Below, piece after piece: positions 10,320 to 21,802 of a stretch of 64,000 nt of DNA. The notes under the pieces are model-generated. The model ran no database searches. It was not told where the DNA came from and saw nothing but the letters and a program-made list of their open reading frames with translations. The stretch's first letter is position 1; each line of letters begins with the position of its first letter. The stretch spans positions 79,484,001 through 79,548,000 of the forward strand of contig NC_043004.1 in assembly GCF_006345805.1 (NCBI RefSeq), given 5' to 3'. Made by a program: the position numbers and the translations under genes. Origin of the DNA: Octopus sinensis (lineage: Eukaryota).

Positions 10320-12990
10320 GCAGAAATTGTCGGCACACTGGACGAAGTGTTTAGCGGTATTTCGTCTGTCTTTACGTTCTTGAGTTCAAATTCTGCTGAG
10401 GTCGACCTTCCCCCTTCATCCTTTCGTAGTCGATAAATTAAGTACCAGTTGCGTACTGGGGTCGATCTAATCGACTGGCCCCCTCCCCCAAAATTTCGGG
10501 CCTTGTGCCTGGAGTAGAAAAGTGTATATTTTAAGGGCGGCGAGCTGGCAGAAACGTTAGCACGCCGGACGAAATGCTTAGCAGTATTTCGTCTATCATT
10601 ACGTTCTGAGTTCAAATTCCGCCGAGTTTGACTTTGCTTTTCATTCTTTCGGGGTTGATAAAATAAGTACCAGTCAAATACTGGGGTCAATGTGATCGAT
10701 TGTCCCCCTTCCCTCAAAAATCCAAGTCTTGTGCCTATAGTATAAGGGATTATTACTTCCAGACAAAAAGGGTGCAAACCGGCAGAATCGTTAGCACGCT
10801 GGACGAAATGTTTAGCGGCATTTCGTCTGCCTTGACGATCTGAGTTCAAATTCCACCGAGGTCGACTTCGCCTTTCATCCTTTTGGGGTCGATAAAATAA
10901 CTACCAGTTGCGTACTGGGGTCGATGAAATCAACTGTCCTTCCCCCGAAATTTCAGGCATTGTGTCTACAGTAGATAGGATAATTACTCCCAGGAAGAAA
11001 AAAAATTATTACTACTAATAATAAGCTGGCAGAACTGCTTCCTCTGGCTTTTTTACGTTCAGAGTTCAAATTCTGCAGAGATCGACTTTGCCTTTCATCC
11101 TTTTGGGACTTGACAAAATAAACATCGGTCAAATATCCCGAAAAACCCCTCCCACAAACTTTAGACCTTGCGCTTATTAGTTGACAGAATTCGTTATTAA
11201 GCCGGGCAAAATGCTTAGCAGCAAGCATTTAGTCTGCGTCCTGAGTTCAAATTCCGCCGAGGTTCATTTTTATTCTTTCGGGGTCGATAAATTAAGTACC
11301 AGTTGAGAATTAGAGTCGATTAAATCGACTTGGCCCTTCCTCACAAAACTGCTGGTCTTGTGACAAAATTTGAAATCATTACTATCATTATTATTATTAT
11401 TAAAGTAGGAATCGAGTTCTGGTGCCGATGGAATCGACTTGTCTTCTCCCCTCCAAACTGCTAGCCCTGTGCCAAAAATAAGAATTACCATTAAGGCAGA
11501 GAGCTGTTAAGCATTTCGTCCGTCTTTACGTTCCGAGTTCAAATCTCGCCGAGATCGACTTCACCTTTCAACGTCGACAAAATAAGTCCAAGTAAAATAC
11601 TGAAGCCGGTGTAATCGACCAGCCACCTTCCCATCGAAATTCCAGACCTTGTGCCTATAACTGAAAGGATTATTATTAAGGCGGAGAGCTGGCGAGGTTG
11701 TTAGCGCGTCGGGACAAGGGCATAAGCAGCACTCCCTCCGACTCCTAATGTCCTGAGTTCAAATTTTGGTGCAGTCAACTTTGCCTTTTATCATGTAATT
11801 AACTACCCCTCTCCTCAAAAACTGCTGCCCTGGTGGCAAAATGATGAAGACTAATTTTTATTATTGGTTTAATCGCTAGAGCGTCAGACAAAATGTTTTG
11901 CGGCATTCTTTCGGCTTTTTAAGTTCGATTCATGGCGAAGTCAGCTTCGCCTTTCATTCTTCAGGAGTCGATAAAATCAAATATCAATCTTAGTACTTGG
12001 GCCACTGATATCAACTAACTCCTCTCCTCCAGATTGCTGTCTTTGGACGTAAATCAGAAACCATTATTACTGTTGTTATTATTATTACTATTATTATAGA
12101 CGGCGTCGAGCTGGTAGAATCGTTAATACGCCGGGCGAAATGCAGAGAGGTATTTCGTCTGTCTTTACGTCCTGAATTCAAATTCCGCCCGGGTCGATGC
12201 TTTTCATCCTTTCGGGATCGATAAATTAAGTACCAGTGAAACATTTAAGTCGATGTAATCGACTAGTCCCCTCCCCAATATTTCAAGCCGGCAATCTTTC
12301 GTCTCTAGTAGACCTTTCCGTCGATTTCCGTAAAAGAATTTTTTTTTTTACATATGGGCTTGCGGGAACTTTTGAAGTAATGAGAGCGAAAGAGACTAAG
12401 AGAAAGCAATTGTATGACGAGGGAAATTCTTTTGAAGTTACCGTGCATGGCAAGCATTGATGTACATGTGTGTGTGTGTGTTTGATGGGGTGTGGGAGAC
12501 AGACAGTATGTTGTGTAAGTGAAGTGCTTCTGTTAGTGTGTGTGAAGAGACAGAGTAATGTGTGAAAGAAAGAGATAACTGAAATTTTTTACTCGGTGTA
12601 TGTGTATATGTATGTATATTACTTCAAAAGTTCCCGCAAGCCCATATGTAAAAAAAAAAAAATTTTTTTACGGAAATCGATGGAAAGCTCTACTAGAGAC
12701 GAAAGATCGCCTTCAAGCCTTGTGCCTGTAGCAGAAAGGATTATTATTATTATTATAATTATAATTATTATTATTATTATTAGTAGTAGTAGTAGTATGG
12801 CGGCGAGCTGGCAGAATCGCCAGCGCGGCATTTCGTCTGTCTTGACGATCTGAGTTCAAATTCCGCCGAGGTCGACTTTACCTTTCATCCTTTCGGGGTC
12901 GATAAAATAAGTACCAGTTGACCACCAGGATCAATATAATCGACTCATCCCCTCCCCCAAAATTGCTGCTCTTGTGGCAAAATTTGAAAC
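10320..12990 (+). mobile_element. Cluster of ~10 head-to-tail copies of tRNA-derived SINE family A
   Basis: Repeated ggcggcgagctggcagaa (A-box-like)...gagttcaaattcc (B-box-like)...gcctttcatcctttcggggtcgataaa...gtaccag, starting near 10322, 10536, 10778, 11025, 11180, 11495, 11678, 11870, 12098 and 12798, separated by (TAT)n-like tails. Confidence 0.85.
12290..12711. mobile_element. MITE with ~90-bp TIRs and exact 8-bp TSD (Merlin- or Mutator-like), inserted into a SINE tail
   Basis: TIR ggcaatctttcgtctctagtagacctttccgtcgatttccgtaaaa / ttttacggaaatcgatggaaagctctactagagacgaaagatcgcc. TSD ttcaagcc at 12282-12289 and 12712-12719. Confidence 0.82.
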
Positions 12991-13774
12991 CATTATTAGT
13001 ACTGGTTTCAAATTTTGGCACAGAGCCAGCAATAGGTACAAAGCAAGATAGAAAAACCAATACTCGAATACCAACGGCAGAGTAAAATGCTATTTTATTA
13101 AAGCCGAAGAATATTCACAAACTGTCACTTAGAGTTTCACGTGTCCGTTCCTCGCACTGTCACAATTGTCTGACGAATGGTCACGGGAAACTGAAAGTAA
13201 TCGTTTGTGGAATTTTTTTGTTTTGTTTTGCTTTAATAAACCCCTACCGACGGAAAACTTTCATCATAAATTTCGACATAATTGGAATCAACACCATTTA
13301 ATAAAATAGTGTGACGCTATCCAAACTACAGTGGAAAAGGTAAGCTGCTAGATTTGGTTAAAAAGAGACAATGAGTGATGGCTAGAAGAATATTGAGCCT
13401 TATTTGGTAACCAGTTGATCTAGCAAGCGGTGCCTCATATCACTGAGGGGGTGAGCGCAATGATGCCGTCGAGAGGTAGGCCCCGAAACGGCGCTTATTC
13501 TCTCCTGATGACCCTTATACCCTTGCTGGCTTCCGTTACGCAGAGCTTTCGACTGGTAGAAATTGCATGTGCAAGTTGTTTGCAAAACATCCACACACAT
13601 ATGAATCGACTGAATACATCTAAACGCAACATCACGAGACATTAGCACACATCCAATAGGAACACGTGTCGGACTGGAATTAGTGACAATAATACCGTCA
13701 TAAACAAAAAACAATTGAAGATGTGTAATTCGTCAATCTTCTTAATTATTATTCAGTACTCGTTCCGGTTTTCT

Positions 13775-13807
<33 letters not shown>

Positions 13808-14159
13808 TCTGGTTTCAATTCCCGCCTTTCAGGGTCGATCAAATATTAGGGGAGGGGTAAGTCAATTACACATCGACACCAGCGATCATTCATCGACCCG
13901 CGAAAGACCGAAAAGCAAAGTCGATTTCAGCAGAATCAAGTGCAAAAGTCGCACGGTATCGACTAAACCCCTCCCCTCAAACCTGCGGGCCTTGTAACTT
14001 TCATTTGAAACCCGCACCGGACAAAATGTTTCACGGTATTTCCCGCCGGCTTTATGGTTCGAGTTCAAAAATCCGCCAAGGTCCACTTTATCTTTCACCC
14101 TTCCAGAGTCGATGAAATAAGTACACTGGCGTCGGTCATCGTAATCGTACCCTCTCGAC

Positions 14160-14870
14160 ATAGCTATGCAGGTGTGCCCCCCCCCCCGACTTGGTTTCCT
14201 CATAACTTCCAGAAAAATAGATACTTTTTAATGAAATTTCCTACAAATATACTTCAGATGGTGCAGATTCCAATTATATCGGAATTTAATATGAACGTCC
14301 CCCCCCCCTGGGTGGGGAGTATCGGGACAATCACACTAGTCGGATTTGTTTCCTCACGTCTTTCAGAAGAAAGGTTATTTTTGAAGGAAATTTCCTACCA
14401 ATACCTTCCAGAGTACATGGGAATTTTATATGAAAAAAAAAAAAAAAACAGAAATTGGTAGACTCGTACTCATACATATGACACACATCATAATTTTTTT
14501 TCCGAAATTTCAAGTCTCATTTTGTAGATATATATGTGAAAATGTGTCAGTATGTATGTGGTACGAACCCACCGTTTTAATTTATTTTCATATTGAATTC
14601 AGCTGTAATCGTAATCTACACACAAAGGTATTTGTATAAAAATTTCATTAAAAAAAAAAAAAAAGAAAAAAAAACAAACAAATTACCAATTTTTTTGAAA
14701 CTTATGAGGAATGAAAGCCGACACACGGAAAACTTTATCCATAAATAATGGGAATCAACAGCATCGGAAACGTATTTTTAGACAATTTCATTAAAAAATA
14801 TCCATTTTTCTGGAAGCTATGAGGCAATAAAGTCGGAGGGGAGGGGCGCACTTGTGTATGTATGCCTAAT
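14160..14870. mobile_element. TIR-bounded non-autonomous DNA element (superfamily unassigned)
   Basis: ccccgacttggtttcctcataacttccagaaaaatagatactttttaatgaaatt (~14185-14240) is inverted relative to aatttcattaaaaaatatccatttttctggaagctatgaggcaataaagtcggagggg (~14785-14842). Ends are approximate. Confidence 0.6.
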
Positions 14871-15419
14871 TAAGTATATCACGTGATCGACCAAACCATC
14901 GGATGTTGTTATACATCGTTGGTCACAATGCACTTTGCATCGTTTTAGCTTTTGAGTGATGCCATGCTAGGCCAACATTCCCGCTGATCGGAATGCTAGG
15001 CCGGTGCTGGGTTACCCATTTACAGCTGACTGCAATGAAGGGTTTTGCTCAAGGACACAAGGTATTGCTCGACCCGGGAAACAAACCCCACAACCCAGTA
15101 ATCGTGAGTGCAAACCCCTAACCAATGGGCCAGGCAACTTCGCAAACTGTTCAAGTCCAACTATAAACTGCTAATGTTACTAGTTACACTTTGGACGCAA
15201 TGACTGATGTCAATTGTGAATAGAATAAAATTAATAGGATATACAAATAAACAAATCGTATCGAATGTGTTTAATAGAAATTAATGAGTGTAACTGATGA
15301 TTGATTACAATATAGGGAGGGGGTGCGACGCAAAATTATTTCTGGTCAATTTTGCACATTCGATTTGTTTAATATCAGAGAACTTTCTTCAACAGACCCG
15401 TTATTACAGATGAAAAAAC

Positions 15420-15725
15420 AAATGCTTAGATACACACACATACACACGTATACATACAAACACACATACGTACACACAATCGTGCATACATGCACAATCA
15501 TACACACATAAACATACAAGTAACACACATTTACAATCGTATATACACATATACACCCATACGAGTGCAATCGTAAACTACATACACATACAATCGTATA
15601 TACATATATGCAAACACATATATACATATACACACAGGTACATACCTACACAAATATACACATACACAGATAGCGCATACAAAATACATCATAACATACC
15701 AGCACATCGATAACACACACACACA
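15420..15725. repeat. Compound (CA/TA/CATA) microsatellite; similar (TA)n/(TG)n tracts at ~6520-6705, 19190-19275, 47735-47780 and 63600-63650
   Basis: Low-complexity acacatatacatac-type sequence read directly. Confidence 0.9.
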
Positions 15726-18197
15726 TTATATAGTAAGAACTCTTCTTTAAATATCATTGTTAGCAACCAAGCTAGGGAAAACGACTAACGATATAGTCCG
15801 ATAGTCGCTTAGTTTCCTTTTCATAAAGATTATAATAATACTGCAGGGCTTTGAATTGAATCATAAATGCCAAAACAGAAATCAATATCTACTCACAATA
15901 CAAATCACTTAAAAAAATGATTAACATAACATAAAAATGAATTAATAAATGTTCGCAGAAACGTAAGTGGACGAAGCAAACCCCTAATATTAATAATTAT
16001 CTATCATTTTTAATTACGCCTGATGAAATATTGATGATAAACGATGGTAGTGATGACCGGATATTACCATATTGTGGTGGACATTGGAATTAAAAACCAT
16101 TAACTGTGTTAAAAGCACTTTTATGTTATTTGGCAAAAACAATCAATAAAGAACACGCCACTCAACTCGATCGATTATTACTCATTCTTCTATTTAAAAG
16201 ATTATTTATTATTATTTCACATAATGTGGATGAAATCAGAAGATTTTTCAACATAAACACATACATCATGAGTATATGTGTGCATTTCTTGCGTTACGAA
16301 ATAACTCCAAGACCTTTGGTTTTATAATTAGGACCAGGGACTTGACAGAACAACTTGAAATGTATGTGTGCGTGTGTCTATAAATACATGTACACACACA
16401 CACATACACAGGTACATACAAACACACATTTATGTTATACATACGCTTATATACATGTGTGTCGGTGAATGAATATGTGTGAATGTATGTAAATATGTGT
16501 GTGGAAAAGAGAGAGTATATAAATAAACTCTAAGACCATGGAATTTCTTTTTCACCCATACATAGAATGGTGCACTAAGGTAACGGGATTTTTCTGTAAT
16601 AGAACTTGTCAATTTGGGAAAGACATTTCACTGAGGAGTTAATTACATAATTAAAACAAAATAACGACAGCTCATACCCATTGATCAAACAAACAGAACT
16701 TCGAAAATAGAAGTTATTTCAACACACACACACACACACATATGGGTGGGTCTTGATACACATACATATATGGGTGAGTCTTGATACACACACACACACA
16801 CATATATATTTGTCGCAAGGGCAGCCTTCGACTTTTCCTTTCCAAAGGTCTTTTAATCCAATATTTATACACAATTATCTGCTGTATCTGCTTCGAGATT
16901 TAACGTTCCCAAAAGAAATGATACAGTTTAAGTACAGCGATACTAATAATCAAATCTTAAACCACAATATACTTATGGTTTAGAATAAATTGTCAGAAAA
17001 GTACAAGGCGCAATATAAATGAATGACACAGCTTCCATTCATTAGTTGACGCACGTACACACCCTACACACTTACACTATATATATATATATATATATAT
17101 ACACACTCACACAGGATATGGTGCTTCTAAACGGACAGAGTCCAATGACAAAACAGTCAAAGAATAACTAAGTAATTCTCCAAGACGGAACTATGTATGG
17201 TAATGATCGACCCACTAAGTGGTTGTTCGTTCTGGTGGAAGTAACCACCCCAAAATCCCTCAAATTACACTATAGTAAAAAACACAGTGGATACGCTGAA
17301 TGGAAAATAAATAGAAAGAAAGAAAGAATATGGAACGGTGGGTGGTTATTTAAATGACAGGTTTGCCAGATCAGAGATGAATGACTTGGGGAATAAACAA
17401 GATGACAAGAGATAGATAATATATGTGTGTATGTATGTATATGTACGTGTTCATATGTGTGAGTGTGTGTATGTATATACAGCTATAGATAAGTAAAGAG
17501 ATAGTGTGAGCATGTATGTATCTATGTATGATTTTATGTACATACGTATGTATGTGTGTGTGTGTGTACGATCTGAATCAATGTCAACAATAATTAGAGG
17601 AAGAAATGGTGGGACCCTGGATAGATTATTATTATTATTATTATTAATTATGGCCCTGTGTCAAAATTTGAAACCAAAGTATGTGTCTATTTTACTTTTC
17701 CCAACTCCAACACGGTTCTTTAATTAAAAATTTTAGTAATCATACATATCATTCGATCCAATATAATTCTATGGGCCGAAATTAAATGATTTTAATTAAT
17801 AATGACACCAGCTAATATACAAGAGGTGAATACAACATCGAAATAACAAGGTGGTGTGACACTTGTATAGAGAAGGGGAGGGACACTTTGGGTGTCGGAC
17901 ACCTTGTGGTCTTTCATTTATAAGAGACCCACCTTATTACGTGCTGTTGTAAACATTAACGGCGGTGACAGAGATCAGGCATTTGATATGCGATGAAGCT
18001 GATGATGGAACATTACGGACATTACAAATATATAAAGATGTTGTTATTTAATGATATGATAAGTAAGAGTTTGAATTAATCCACAGCATATTGTCGACAT
18101 GATGGAGCAACGAAGAACTAAACGACGCCATAGCATCGTTGTTATTATCATTATTATATGTAAACGACAAATATTTATGACAAAACGTTCGACCTAC

Positions 18198-18305
18198 CGT
18201 GTAATAGGAAAGCAATCCAGAATGTTCATCTAAAACAAACCATCGGTATTGCCAACCTTTCATGACATTTGTCCATTTACTAAGAGGACCCTCGATGATC
18301 GCCAT
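18198..18305 (-). CDS. OSBPL9: Oxysterol-binding protein-related protein 9, first coding exon (N-terminal part of the PH domain); rest of gene lies left of the window
   Basis: Translates to [36 protein letters not shown] (36 codons), nearly identical to the recalled vertebrate ORP9 N-terminus ([23 protein letters not shown]...GLLSYYT). Ends at a phase-0 donor ACG|GTAGGT. The expected next exon (..KMMRG.RRGCVRL..) was not found in 1-18197. Confidence 0.92.
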
Positions 18306-18541
18306 GTTTTCACACCGTGTAGCAGACAAACGCCTGATTGGCATATTTATTGACCAATCAGCAACTCGCGTCTCTAAATCAACAACCAATCAAATCACGT
18401 TGCGGCTCCTTTGAAGGGGATTTTTAAAAATATGTTTACGAACTTTAACGCGTTTTTGGGGCAAGATATAAAGTTTGGGGAGCGATAGGAACTTGGACAT
18501 CGGCCAGAAAGGAGCTAAATATTTAATCCTTAACATGAACT
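18306..18541. promoter_or_regulatory. Bidirectional promoter OSBPL9/DEPDC1 with NF-Y CCAAT boxes and a CDE/CHR element
   Basis: ATTGG 18337-18341, CCAAT 18354-18358 and CCAAT 18386-18390 (last two 32 bp apart). TGCGG-ctcc-TTTGAA at 18401-18415, TTTAAA 18423-18428, ACGCGT 18448-18453. Region is CpG-rich. Confidence 0.8.
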
Positions 18542-18607
18542 ATGAATTCGAATATAGTTGCGAACGAAGACGATGACTTCAGTGGTCCGTACCGAGCGAC
18601 TAAAATA
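18542..18607 (+). CDS. DEPDC1: DEPDC1 exon 1 (coding part)
   Basis: ATG 18542: MNSNIVANEDDDFSGPYRATKI, donor ATA|GTAAGT, phase 0. GPYRATK matches the DEPDC1 N-terminus. Missed by the ORF track because it is short. Confidence 0.9.
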
Positions 18608-19195
18608 GTAAGTTATGCCGTTGATCTTTATATTTATTAATTTATTATCAGTTCCCGTGATGCTAATATCTGTAACAATAGATTCGACAATAATTGTACC
18701 TGATCGATGTATAAGTGTCCAAGATATTGAGAGATAATTGTGGACTTCAGCCTGTTTTGATTTATAAGGAGAGAGAAAGACGTTAGATACAAGTACCGTA
18801 CTTCATTTAAAACTTCCTTCTCCGCATAGATTAAAATTATATTAACTAATTACAAATATAAAGATTAGATTAACTCGAACCACACTTGCACCGTTTGATC
18901 CCACTAAATCTATTTTCACACAAACATATGGTTAATCATTAGCAAGGACAAGACAAAATTAATATGTTTACATCATTGGAGGTTTTGTCTTATAAAATAG
19001 ATAAATTCATACTCTACTCTAAAATAATTTGTTTTTCAGTTGACGTTGACATCGCTTTTTTTCTTTTTCAAATATTTTCTGATTACCACTGAACACAAAA
19101 TATTGGCAATTAACAACAAATAGAAGTTTAAACAAATGTCTTTTAATGATCAGTCTTTAGCCTTTCTTTATAGTTACCTATGCATATTATGTGTG

Positions 19196-19242
<47 letters not shown>

Positions 19243-21753
19243 ATATATGTATATATATATATATGTATATATATAAACCTTAGTATTTTTAATATTTTAT
19301 TTTGAAGTTAACGAAATTTCAAAGCAATATAGGTTATCTCCCTTCATACTTAGCTGTTGTAATTAAGGAATAATTAGATTTCTCTTTCAGCAGCTAATCA
19401 CCCCCCCCCTACACACACACACACACACCACACACGTAGAGGTTTAACTACAGTTTGATGCTCCATTTCTCTTGACTTTCTGAAAAATGCGTATTTTTTA
19501 ATGAAATTATGCAGAGTTAGGTTTCTGAGCATATAGTTTACGATTATGTTGATTGTATTTTAAAACAAATTTTCTTTAGGATAAAGTTTTCGATCTTTCG
19601 ATTTAATTACCACCGTATTTCTTAATTTGGTCATTTATAACTCTTTTGTCAGTTTTTATGCTTGAAACATACAGCATTGCGTAATGTATACTCTCGAGCT
19701 GTCATTTAAAAATATGTGTTTTAAAGATTTTTGAGAAGATAAAGTCGGAAGGGAGGGAAAAGTCCTAAACTCTTTCAAAAAGTGATTTTTAACGTTATCC
19801 ATATTACCATATTCTACACTCTAGATAATGTATAACTGCAAAATTTTATTCCGTAATACGCATTCTTTTAGAATATTATATAGGGAGCTGGTTGTGAATG
19901 TGGCATCTATCTGTAGTTATGCCAAGTTATGACATTTCGCCTGTCAGATATGATGATTGCCTAACAGTGTATCTCAAAGAATCACCTCTAGTCCTTCGTG
20001 CGGCGCTGCTTCAAATATTCCTTTCTGAAATGTTTGGAGAGAAGGCTTGCCTTGCTCTCTTTAACATTATCCCAGAACAAATCAAAGAAAAAGATCCCAT
20101 CACCTTCAAACGATATCTGAAGAAATTTGTTCAAGGGATACCAGACAAGCCACCTGTACTTGGAGACATCTCAGTCAACGGCTTCCTAATTGAATGGGCC
20201 ATTACTATTTAGACGTGATGGCCAAAACATATCAAAGTTTTATCTTAAGTTTATGTATGACCGGGCCAGAAAATGTTCTTTCCAGTTGCAATTTGAATTT
20301 TAACCCTGCATGAGAGTATGAGGCCACCTTTGCACCAGTGTGTCCATATTATTCATTAAACATGAGGGATGTAATGTCGGCTGTTTGGTGGCAGCATAGC
20401 CGGACTGTTGAGAGGGTTTGTTTGCAATCATGGTGTCCTTGGCTCAGTCCCATGTCGTGACATTTTGTGAGTGAAATTTGGCTGACGGAAATTGCAGGAA
20501 AGCCCGTCATCAGATGGATTACACTTATAATTCAACTGTCTGTGCTGATTCTACCTTAGGATGACATAAAGAGTGCATGTGTTTGTAAAGTACTTCAGCT
20601 ACTTGGGCATTCATTCATTGAGCAAACAGTTGAGTTGATCGAACTGAAAGCTCATCATCGAAACTGGTGGAGTTGCATTCGTGTCAGTGTATAAAATATA
20701 CACACGTTCTCAGTGTTGGTACCGGTGGGATTTCAGTTTGGTTCATGAACTTAGCTATGATAATGCAAAGGACTTTCTTCAATATTTTCCAACCACTTGA
20801 AATATTTCAAATTTTCAGCAGATTATTAAGAAAAAATAACAACAACACAGTTTTGCATGTTGTTGACGAAGATCGCATTCATTTTCTTTCTACTAATTAA
20901 TTATAACCAAGTTAATTCAATGTAGTGAATTTGGAAATAGTCTGGTGAAAATTTGAAACACTTTAAATGATTGGAAAAGGTACAACATCGATATTCCGGA
21001 ATCTTTGGTTCCAAAAGCCTTTCCGTTTTACAGATTTTTTTTTCCGAACCAAGGATGGTCACCTTGTTCAACGCTCTTTAAATTAGATAAATATTAAAAT
21101 TTACCTAAATAATCAAATGAGATAGTTAACCGTACATTACTGTTAATTAATGCTAATTATAAGTGGCTCCGGATCATTAATGGCTGGAAAGCTACTGTTA
21201 TCTGTATTTACTAATTCTTGAAAACATCCGATAACGCCGACAGCATTCAAGATTCTGTGCTTATTTCAGTGAATTTAGATTACAGTAGTAATCTAAATTC
21301 ACTGAAATAAGCACAGAATCTTCTCTTTTATAATTGTATCAACGAAGCAGACGACCGTGTACGTTTTCAGGCGCAAAGGCGGGATATTTGAAAAGTTCCC
21401 GGTTGGGCAGTTTTGAGTATTTACCGAAGAGGGCTATGTTGAGGGTTGCGCAATGTGATGTGTTATTTGAGTTTATCACTATTGCAGCATTTTTTCCTTT
21501 AAAAAAAATATGTTACCCGTTTAAGAGATCTGACCGTGATTATTATAGTGTAAAACTCAAATTTGAGTTTTACACTTATAATAGGCGCAGACTTGGCTGT
21601 GTGGTAAGAATCTTGTTTCCCAACCACATTGGTCTGGGTTCAGTCCCACTGCGTGGCACCTTGGGCAAGTGTGCTTTTACTATAGCCTCGGGCCGACCAA
21701 AGCCTTGTGAATGGATTTGGTAGACGGAAACTGAAAGCAGCTTGTCGTATGTA

Positions 21754-21802
<49 letters not shown>

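Noticed and set aside
10088-10849. 253-aa minus-strand ORF
   Set aside because: Antisense read-through of three SINE copies; the peptide repeats the SINE sequence (WYL, RRN.AKHF.RR). Not a gene.
18306-18389. N-terminal extension of OSBPL9 from the upstream in-frame ATG (18344) or TTG
   Set aside because: Homology begins at MAIIEGPL, and the upstream codons overlap the CCAAT boxes, so they are probably promoter or UTR. Cannot be excluded without TSS data.
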